DNA of 64,000 nucleotides, taken from Eubacterium sp. UBA3279. Its GTDB lineage: Bacteria; Bacillota; Clostridia; Lachnospirales; Lachnospiraceae. The position numbers were made by a program, and so were the translations under genes. The first letter of the stretch is position 1; every line of letters begins with the position of its first letter. Below the pieces are notes generated by a model that was not told the DNA's origin, searched no databases, and worked only from the letters and a program-made list of their open reading frames with translations. The stretch lies in the NCBI GenBank assembly GCA_002361775.1, contig DETV01000048.1:2186-66185 (forward strand), written 5' to 3'. Shown one piece after another: positions 9,511 to 18,800 of this stretch.

Positions 9511-10858
9511 TTCGCTTTTGCTCCTTTCGCTGTTGTTTTTCTTCTTCGGCTCTGATTGTTTCAAGGTTCTGCTCCATAACCTTTGACCTCTCGGCAATGT
9601 CGTTACAGAGTCGAACCTCTTTGTTCAGTTCCCGAATTTTGTCGCTTACCGTCGAAATCTGTTCTTTGACCTTAGACAGCTCATCGTCACTCATCTTTGT
9701 TCTTGCTTTTTTTCGCAGGTGCGTTCTGTCGTCATTCAATGTTTTAATTTGACCTTTCAGCGACTCTTTATATGAGAAAAGCTGCTCGTCCGTAGAAATA
9801 TTTTCTCGTCCGAGCAGCCTTGTCTCTGCTGTGATTTTATCCAGCTTCAATAAATCCTCTTTCAAAAGATAGTGAAGCCTTGCTGTATTCTGTTTTTTAT
9901 ATTTTGGCAGATAACCGAGCCTGTAACAGTAATGCAGATACAAGCCATACAGTCCGCCCACTTTTTTGATTTTATTTTCTCTTGTAGGCAATCGGTACTG
10001 CCTGATAACCACCGTCTGCTTTGCAAACGGAACTATGCGTACTCTCTGATTTTCCATAAGCCTACGCCTGATTGCTTCCTCGGTATAATCTTCTCCGAGA
10101 TTTTTAAGTCGTATGGGTTTCGTGTACCCTTTCGGTACAATCGTCCAATATTTCCGGCTCTCGCTTAGACAATGCTCATATCCCATCTGCGTAAGTGCGT
10201 AGTCAAGACTTCTGATATTTGTGCTGTGGGCAATCGCTTCATCTATGGCTTCTCGCACCATAGAATATCTGGTCGGCATTCCCGCCTGTTCCTGCTTATA
10301 GTAGTAAGAGGATTGCTTACTGCGATTCGGATTCGGATTGTAATATAATCCATATTTCTCACAAATACGGTCGGCAACTTTTCTGAACTTAAACCACGAG
10401 GTATCTTGACATCGCTTGCCGTCTTTGAATGAAACAGAGTTAATTACATAGTGGCAATGCAGGTGTTTGGTGTTCAGGTGCGTTGTAACAACAACTTGAA
10501 ATCTTTCCCCCCACACTTCGTTTGCAAACTCCATTCCGATTTTTTGTGCAAGCTCCGGTGTGATATTTTGTTCCTTAAAACTCAAATATCCGTGATAGGC
10601 TTGTATGCCGTCCTCTTTCCCATATGCCTGCTTAACTGAAACAAATTGGTCACGGGCAGTGGTCGGATTACAGTTGATACCTTCCACGAAATATTCCCGT
10701 TCGGTTTTTTCTTCGTCCTTTGCATAGGAGAGAACATCTGCAAGTGCCTGATATTGTTCCTCGGTATAAATATCTGCCGCTGTCTTTTCAGGATTAGCGG
10801 CATAATCAATAACCTGACCAAGCCTTGAATTAACTGCCCACAACTTGCTTACTGCCAT
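9494..10858 (-). CDS. MOBP-type relaxase
   Basis: N-terminal VIDYAANPEKT, AYHGYLSF, 3H motif TTHLNTKHLHCHYVINSVS. Confidence 0.9.
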   Translation of the reverse strand: MAVSKLWAVNSRLGQVIDYAANPEKTAADIYTEEQYQALADVLSYAKDEEKTEREYFVEGINCNPTTARDQFVSVKQAYGKEDGIQAYHGYLSFKEQNITPELAQKIGMEFANEVWGERFQVVVTTHLNTKHLHCHYVINSVSFKDGKRCQDTSWFKFRKVADRICEKYGLYYNPNPNRSKQSSYYYKQEQAGMPTRYSMVREAIDEAIAHSTNIRSLDYALTQMGYEHCLSESRKYWTIVPKGYTKPIRLKNLGEDYTEEAIRRRLMENQRVRIVPFAKQTVVIRQYRLPTRENKIKKVGGLYGLYLHYCYRLGYLPKYKKQNTARLHYLLKEDLLKLDKITAETRLLGRENISTDEQLFSYKESLKGQIKTLNDDRTHLRKKARTKMSDDELSKVKEQISTVSDKIRELNKEVRLCNDIAERSKVMEQNLETIRAEEEKQQRKEQKRNDKFR

Positions 10859-11190
10859 TTCATTTCACTCTTATCGGGTCTTAAATAAGTACGCTCAATA
10901 TCTGCCTGAAACTTATGCCAACGCTCCGCTTCCTTTTTAAGCTGCGGTGCGTCAACAAAGCCAAGAGCGTTTGCTTTAACTGCAAGTTGATTGATGTTGT
11001 TGCCGATAGAAGAAAGCTCACGCATCACATCATAAAATCTTTCGTCCGGCTTTTCCCTCGGCTCATATCCTCGAAGAAGTAAACGGATAAGTCCCGCTTC
11101 ACTCAGGCAAGCCTTTTTTGCCTTCTTCTGCAAATCCTGTGCTTCGTCTCTACTGAACCTAACAATCTTCTGAATGTTTCTTTTCCTCAT
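10849..11190 (-). CDS. mobC: MobC relaxosome accessory protein
   Basis: RHH-like N-terminus, ELSSIGNNINQLA motif, overlaps relaxase start. Confidence 0.88.
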   Translation of the reverse strand: MRKRNIQKIVRFSRDEAQDLQKKAKKACLSEAGLIRLLLRGYEPREKPDERFYDVMRELSSIGNNINQLAVKANALGFVDAPQLKKEAERWHKFQADIERTYLRPDKSEMKWQ

Positions 11191-11317
11191 TTTCTGTGCC
11201 ATCCTTTCTTGTGATGATATAATGGCTGTCCTTATTTATCTGGAACAGACACATAAAAGTAACTCCTATAAAGCCGCCGGCAATTACACCGACGGCTACC
11301 AATGCTATCTCACGCAT
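11159..11317 (-). CDS. Small membrane protein, DUF3789-like (52 aa)
   Basis: AAGGAG RBS; MREIALVAVGVIAGGFIGVTFMCLFQINK...; missed by ORF track. Confidence 0.6.
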   Translation of the reverse strand: MREIALVAVGVIAGGFIGVTFMCLFQINKDSHYIITRKDGTENEEKKHSEDC

Positions 11318-11341
11318 AGCGTTCTCCTTTCTCTTGGGGTA

Positions 11342-11428
11342 TTAGGGGCAACCCCTAACGAGGTATTTGGTAGTGTGCTATCCAAATACACTGCTCGCTA
11401 AGAATATGCAGACTCTCCGGGTTGCCCC
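11342..11428. other. Candidate oriT
   Basis: Non-coding, upstream of mobC-relaxase; hairpins TTAGGGG-CAA-CCCCTAA and GTATTTGG...CCAAATAC; GGGGCAACCC/GGGTTGCCCC inverted pair. Confidence 0.6.
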
Positions 11429-11441
11429 ATCGTCTGTCTTT

Positions 11442-11846
11442 TTATCGCTCCATATCTTTTGAAATTGGTTTATATGCTTTCGCTTCAATGCCCTTGTCCG
11501 TCTGATAAAAACGCTCCGGATACCGGAACTTATCCTCATACTTTTTCATCAAATCCTTTGGCATACTGAGAAAACTCTCCGACTCAATCGGTGCATATGC
11601 GATAAAGAATTTGCCTGCAATAATGTCGAGGATTTCTTTATCATCGGAGTAAATTGCACGATTTAACTCAGCACCATTTATCTTCCCTTCCTCGTTACAT
11701 ACGATTGCAACCTCATCATCAAAAGGCATATATTCCTCAATATATCCGCCTACGGTTTCCTGCATTGCTTCCAGCGTATCCTCAATCTCAATCTGTTTCG
11801 GATACTTGCCCGGTTCAATGAGAAGTACATTTATTTTTTCGCTCAT
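11442..11846 (-). CDS. DUF3846 domain protein
   Basis: VLLIEPGKYP...LEAMQETVGGYIE...VCNEEGKING..LNR signature. Confidence 0.75.
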   Translation of the reverse strand: MSEKINVLLIEPGKYPKQIEIEDTLEAMQETVGGYIEEYMPFDDEVAIVCNEEGKINGAELNRAIYSDDKEILDIIAGKFFIAYAPIESESFLSMPKDLMKKYEDKFRYPERFYQTDKGIEAKAYKPISKDMER

Positions 11847-12799
11847 CTCTCAAAACTCCTTTCATTCTTCTTGGAAATTCCTAATTTGATACACAAAAAG
11901 TCGTTGACATCTTTCCCGCACTTGGGCGGATCGTCAACGACTTCGTATCTGTCTTTTAATTTAATTTTCAGTGCATTTGCCGCCTTTCTTCCGGCAATAT
12001 CATTATCAAAATGAAGCACGATTCTGTTAATCTTCTTGTTCTTTTCAAGCAGATTTTTCAGTGTAACAGGCACTTTGGATTTCTCTGTTTCTCTGTTAGG
12101 CGAATACACGCCGGATAGGGAAACAAGGTTTAATTTGTGCCAATCCCTGCCCTCCATCTTTGCTAATGTGGCATAGGATAACAGGTCAATGGCACATTCA
12201 AACAGGTGTACCTCTGTGCTTTCTTCATTTGTCAGCCTGAAAGAAAACTGCTTCTTACTACCAGTGCAGTCGCCCATAATACGACTGCTGTTTGTTGCCC
12301 GAAATGCAGCATACTTTGCTTCTTTTTTCTCGTCATAACCGATAAAAACAACATTGTGATATGGCAGTGATTCAATGATAAGTTCCTTATCAAGACAGTA
12401 GTTTATGATTTCATAATCAATCCCTCTACTGAAAAGATACTGCGTAACCACATCGTTACTCGGACTTTTTTGCGGTAAAAGAAGTGGCTGATTTTCATAA
12501 CTCCGGCTTTCTTTTTCATAGACCAGAGCAGAAACAGCACACTGTCCCATAATGGTTTCAACCGCTTCAACAAAATCAAGTCCTTTGACTTTGATAAGAT
12601 AGTCAAGGGCAGATTTGCCGCCGATACCTCTCGACCACCACATCCATTTCCCATTTGAAATCTTCAAACTGTCGTGTTCTCTGGTGCAGTAGGTGTTACC
12701 GCTGTAACGGACAAGTTCGCTCGGTTCATAGGTGCGAAGATAGGTCAGCAAATCCATTCTCTTTGCTTCGGTTATGACTTCCGGTGCTATATATGGCAT
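11843..12799 (-). CDS. DUF3991/toprim primase-like protein
   Basis: EHDSLKI, LFECAIDLLSY, LHFDNDIAGRKA, KDVNDFL toprim motifs; start at ATG 12799 after GAGGTG. Confidence 0.8.
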   Translation of the reverse strand: MPYIAPEVITEAKRMDLLTYLRTYEPSELVRYSGNTYCTREHDSLKISNGKWMWWSRGIGGKSALDYLIKVKGLDFVEAVETIMGQCAVSALVYEKESRSYENQPLLLPQKSPSNDVVTQYLFSRGIDYEIINYCLDKELIIESLPYHNVVFIGYDEKKEAKYAAFRATNSSRIMGDCTGSKKQFSFRLTNEESTEVHLFECAIDLLSYATLAKMEGRDWHKLNLVSLSGVYSPNRETEKSKVPVTLKNLLEKNKKINRIVLHFDNDIAGRKAANALKIKLKDRYEVVDDPPKCGKDVNDFLCIKLGISKKNERSFER

Positions 12800-12822
12800 A
12801 TTGACCACCTCACATTTCATTC

Positions 12823-15800
12823 TTATCTTTCATACGACTTCTCCTTTCGCTTCTCGGTCGATTCGCCCTCATCAGGCTCGCCGCCTACAATTTCATTTTC
12901 CTTTTTATCCATATTGAGCAAGATATTCAGCTCGTCCAAACGGGCAAGTTTTGACTTCAATTCTTCTTCCTGCACAAACGGTTTTTGCACTTCTTTCTGT
13001 GCGGTTTCAAACTGATTTTTCGTATCAGCAAGACTGTCCTTTGCTTTTTCAAGGTCGTCTGCAAAACGCTCAACCGCATTATCAATACGAGTGATATTAC
13101 CGAAAACATCATCGCCAAGCGACACCTGTTTGCCGGTTTCTCCCTTGACTGTCACGCAGTAAGAACGCTCTGTTGTGTCAAAAGACAGCTCCGTTTCAAA
13201 TCCTCTGTACTTACCGAGAGGAATAGGTGCAGGACTTGTCATTTCCTTGCAGGCTTCGATAATTGCTTTACCTGCGTCTGCCTTTTCGGAATAAAAAACA
13301 CCCTTAACCTCCATACCGACAAAGCGGTCATCTGTTGGTTTCGGGTGTTGTTTTGCAGTTTTCACATCTGCCGTCAAACCGTTAATTCGGTTTTCAAGAG
13401 AAGTGATACGCTGCGGATAATATTTAATTATCTTATCCTCAAGACTATACTTTTCAGATAGGAAATTGGATTTTAAGAGCTTCAATTTCTGTACCTGAAT
13501 GTCCAAATCCATCTTTTCCTTGATATATGGATTGCCTGTTGCAAGCATTTTAATCTCGGCATAAGATAGTGCGGTTTCATCAATATCTTCCGCACTTCTG
13601 ACGGGAGATTTGCTTGTCATAATCTGTGAAGCGAACTTCTGCTTTCCTTCGACAAGCTGATACAGATATGCGTCAAAGGTCTGCTTGGTAACATAACGAT
13701 AAATTTCCACCTTTGGATTAGAATTCCCCTGACGGATAATCCTACCACTACGTTGCTCCAAATCTGCCGGTCGCCAAGGACAATCAACATCGTGAAGTGC
13801 GATAAGTCTGTCCTGAACATTCGTACCGGCACCCATTTTTTGTGTTGAACCCATTAGCACTCTGACCTCACCTTTACGGACTTTCTGAAACAATTCTTTC
13901 TTCTTCACATCGGTTTCCGCTTCGTGGATAAATCGGACTTCGCTTTCGGGAACACCTCGCTCTATGAGCTTCTTTCTGATGTCGTTGTAAACGGAAAATG
14001 TTCCGTCGTTCTTTGGAGTAGATAAGTCGCAGAACACTAATTGTGCCGACTTTTTATCCTTGTTTTCTTCCCATATGCGATACACATTATCAACGCATGC
14101 ATTGATTTTACTGTTTTCAAAATCAGGCAGCATATCGTTTAACATACGCTGGTCAAGTGCAAGTTTTCTACCGTCGTTTGTTATCTTGAGCATATTATCT
14201 ACGCTTGAATCTACACCTCCGCCACGAACTTTCTCGGCTCGCTCTGCAAGGGAAGCAACCATTTCTTTCTGCATTTCGGACGGTTCAACTGACACATTAT
14301 GATACTCTGCTTCCGGCACAGGGAGGTTAAGCATATCGGCTGTTTTAATGTCTGCAACCTCTTTGAACATCGCCATAAGTTCGGGTAAGTTATAGAATTT
14401 AGCAAAGCGTGTTTTCGCTCTGTAACCCGTTCCCTCCGGCGTAAGTTCTATTGCTGTTACCGTTTCTCCAAATGTGGAAGCCCAAGCGTCGAAGTGCTGT
14501 AATCCGTTTTTCACAAGGGTATTATATTGCAAGTATCGCTGAATGGTGTAAAGTTCCACCATACTGTTTGAGATAGGCGTACCTGTCGCAAATACAGTTC
14601 CTCGTCCGCCGGTAATCTCATCAAGGTATCGGCACTTCATAAAGAGGTCGGAAGATTTCTGTGCTTCTGTCTGTGCAATACCGCCTACATTACGCATTTT
14701 TGTGTAAAGATAAAGGTTCTTGTAATAATGACTCTCATCAATAAAGAGCCTGTCCACACCTAATTCTTCGAAGGTTACAACATCATCCTTTCTGCTTTGG
14801 TCGTTGAGTTTTTGGAGCTTTTGCTTAACGGATTTTCTTGATTTTTCAAGCTGTTTGACAGAGAAGTTTTCTCCTCGGTTACGCTTTAGTTCTGCAATTC
14901 CTTCCGTCAATTCATTCAACTGCTGTTCAAGAATTGCCCTCTGCCTTTCAATCGACATCGGGATTTTCTCAAATTGAGAATGTCCGATGATAACTGCGTC
15001 ATAGTCGCCTGTTGCAATTCTACCACAGAACTTTTTACGGTTCTTTGTTTCAAAATCCTTCTTCGTCGCAACCAATATATTTGCTGACGGATAAAGCTGC
15101 AAGTATTCCGCCGCCCACTGTTCCGTCAGATGATTCGGTACAACAAACAGTGATTTATTACATAGTCCAAGCCTTTTCGACTCCTGCGATGCCGCTACCA
15201 TCTCGAACGTCTTGCCTGCCCCGACTGCGTGTGCAAGCAAGGTATTTCCACCGTAGAGAATGTGTGCAACCGCATTTCTCTGGTGTTCCCTTAATGTGAT
15301 TTCCGGATTCATGCCACTAAATGTGATGTGGCTTCCGTCATACTCACGAGGTCTGATACTGTTGAATTTTTCGTTATACATCTTCTTGAGTTTCTCTCTA
15401 CGGTCAGGGTCTGCCCATATCCAATCCTGAAAACCTTGTTTGATAAGTTCCTGCTTTGCCTGTGCGATTGCCGTTTCCTTTTTGTTGAGAACTGCCTTTT
15501 TCCTGCCCTCATCATCTTCGATATAATCAAAGATACGAACATCTTTCAGGTTCAGCGTTTCCTCAATTATTTTGTAGGCATTGATACGACCTGTTCCGTA
15601 TGTGCTGTACGCTTTGACATTGGAACGGTCATAACTTTTTCCCTCGATATTCCACTCGCCCGTATAGGGAGAGAAGTGAACTTTTATATTCCACTGTGCA
15701 TATCTCGGTGTATCAAGGAACTCAAACATAAACTGCTGGATTATCTCCTGTGGCAGCCAAGTAGCACCGAGCCTTACAGATATTTCGCTTGCAGTCAAGT

Positions 15801-18800
15801 CTTTCGGCTGAACCTTTTCCAGTGCTTCCACATTGATTTTGTAATCTTCAGGATAAAGTTCAGCCGACTTCTTTGCTGTGATAAGTTTCTCCCTGACATT
15901 GCCTGAGAGGTACTCATCTGCCATCAAATACTTTGCCTCAGTTACATTCCCGTACCCGTAAAGCGGATTTAAGAAGATAACGCCTTTCAAATCCTGATAG
16001 AGCGTCTCCTCACTTTTACCTGTGAGTTTTGACATATACTCCATATCAATCTCGGCTTTTTCTCCCATAGAAACAGCAAGTGCTTCACTGGCGGTATCTA
16101 CCTTTTCTACCGGCTTATGTGGCTTAATTGTACGCTTGAAGAACATATCCGCCTTGCGTTCCAGTTCTCCGTTTTCGTTAATGACTTCAAGTGCAGAAAG
16201 CAAGGCAAAGGAACTGTCATCACTGAAAGCAGAGATATTTGCTCTGCTGTTAATCAGTCCGTATTTCTTTGTGTAACTGTCATAAAGACTGTTGAGTTTT
16301 GACTGTTCGGCTTTGATTTCTTCATCCGGATAGTCCTCCGTTTGCAGTTCAATCAGGTTGCGAACGCTGTCACGAACAGCAACCATACCCTTGATTCTGT
16401 TTTCTGCGGTTGCCGATACCTCAACCGGAGTCATACGGGAATTTTCACGGAAATAGATTTTATCATCCACAACCGTGTAAGAAAAATTTCTCACATTCGG
16501 GTCTGCCGGAATAGAATTGTCTTCTTCCTCAAGTTCAGCTTCTACTTCATAATCGTTGATTTCTCCGTGTATATTTGCTACCGCTTCCGATAATAATTCT
16601 GATAAATCGGCATTTTCAAACGGTATACAAGTTACTTCTTCTCCAAAGCGTCCACTTACTGTTTTCATCTCGCCCAGTATCATTTCGGGATGTTCCACAA
16701 AGTACGAGTTCATCGTGATACCGTCATCGGTTGTGCCAAGTTGTACCCAATTAGGCTCTATATCTATGAGCCTGTCTCGCTTTTGCAAAAACAAAATATC
16801 CGATACAACTTCTGTACCGGCATTGCCCTTGAATGTGTCATTCGGAAGTCTGATTGCTCCCAAAAGGTCGGCTCTTTGAGCGATATATTTTCTGACCGAC
16901 GAATTCATTTTATCCATCGTGCCTTTGCTTGTCACAAGTGCCATCACACCGCCGGGTCTTAACTTATCCAAAGCTTTCGCAAAAAAATAATCGTGAATAA
17001 GGAAGTTATACTTATCGTACCTCTTATCAAGTACCTTGAAATCGCCAAACGGAACATTTCCCACAACTCCGTCAAAGAAGCTGTCCGGCACATTGACTTC
17101 TTCAAATCCCTGTGCTGCTATGGATGATTTCTGATAAAGTTGCTGAGCAATCCCTGCCGAAACAGTATCAAGTTCCACACCGTAAATCTTTGTATTTTTC
17201 ATTGACTCCGGCAACATACCGATAAAATTACCGATGCCGCAGGACGGCTCTAACAGATTGCCCTCCTTAAATCCCATCTGCTCCATTGCCTTGTATATAG
17301 CGTCTGTAACTTCTGGAGGAGTATAAAAGGCAGTCAGTGTGCTTTCTCTTGCGGTGGCATATTCTTCGGGAGAGAGTGCGGTATATAACTCAACAAATTC
17401 ATCTGCCCACGCCGAATTGTTCTCATCAAAGGCTTCTGGCAAACCTCCCCAGCCGACATATTTTGACAAAATAAACTGTTCTTCAGGTGTGGCAAATCTG
17501 TTTTCAAACTCACATTCCTTCAGAACCTTTATGGCTTCCATATTCCTGCGAAAGCGTTCTTTCTTGCCTGCCGGCTCTACCGGATTGGAACGCAAATCAA
17601 AAGTATTTCTCTCTGCCATCGGAATATCCGGGTGCAAATCAAAACTCTTGACCTTGCTCGTTTTATTCTCCCACTGCGGTTTTATCGGTTCAGTCTCTTT
17701 ATCATAGCCATTGCCGATACGAATGCCCTCGTTATACATCTCATCGTAGCTGTCAAAGCCATTCTGATTTGCAATGATTTCTCGGTAGTCCTCAATAGGT
17801 ACTTTACCAATATTGGTTGCTACCATATCGCTTCTTTCGGTATTTTCAATGAGTGCTCCCATTGTATCAGTCGTACATTCTGTAAAATCCGGTGTCTGCC
17901 TGAAAGCTGTATCTGCTTCTTCAAACCATTCTGTACCTACATCGGCAAGGGTTTGATTTGCGACACTGCCGAGGTAATCAAAGAACTCATCTGCCGATTT
18001 ATAGTTCTGTGCAGCATTTCTGATTTCATCAAAAGAAAGCGTATTTGTAACATACTGACCGCCGGCACTACTGTCTGGATTAAAGTACATCCAAGTAACG
18101 CTTTCCTGCTCTCTGTTAATGAAAAACGCATCCTCATAATCTGTTTTCTGTTCGGTTTCGGTATCACTATGCGTGATATTTTCGTCTGTATCGGCTTTTT
18201 CTGCGGCAGGTAATACCGTTACCCTCAAGTGGTCATTCAGCGGATTTTCCTGCACTTTGCGGTCAAATTCTCCCCTTGAAAACTCCTTGTTGAACAGTGG
18301 CATTTCTGTATCGTAAAGCATTACTCTCTCATCATCAAAAGATAAGATTTCATACTCCGAAGCACCGATATATACCGTGTCTCCAAGATGATATTCATAT
18401 CGGGTATCAGGTAATTGCTGTTCCTGTGTTTGCTCTGCAAGCAGACTGCGGACATAATCAATCTTCTCTACACGGTTAATCGGGAAACCTACGCTGTCCT
18501 CAAAAGTGACATCTCGCATAGAAACATCGCCGCTTATTTTACCGATACTTTCAATAACAAATCGGCGGGCATCAATCACAATTTCCTTGCCGATAATATC
18601 GTCATCATTTGCCTGCTCTGCTTCTTTCGGTGGTGCAGTAGAAAGAATTTCCCGATTTCTTTTCTGCTCCTCGATTTCTGCCCGTCTTGCTTCCTGCTTC
18701 TCAAGCCACTGCGGATACTGCTCCTTTTCCTTTGGATTTAAGTATCTGTCTGCACGGATAAGCTCCCCGATACGCTTTTCCACCTGTGTCCATTTAAGAT

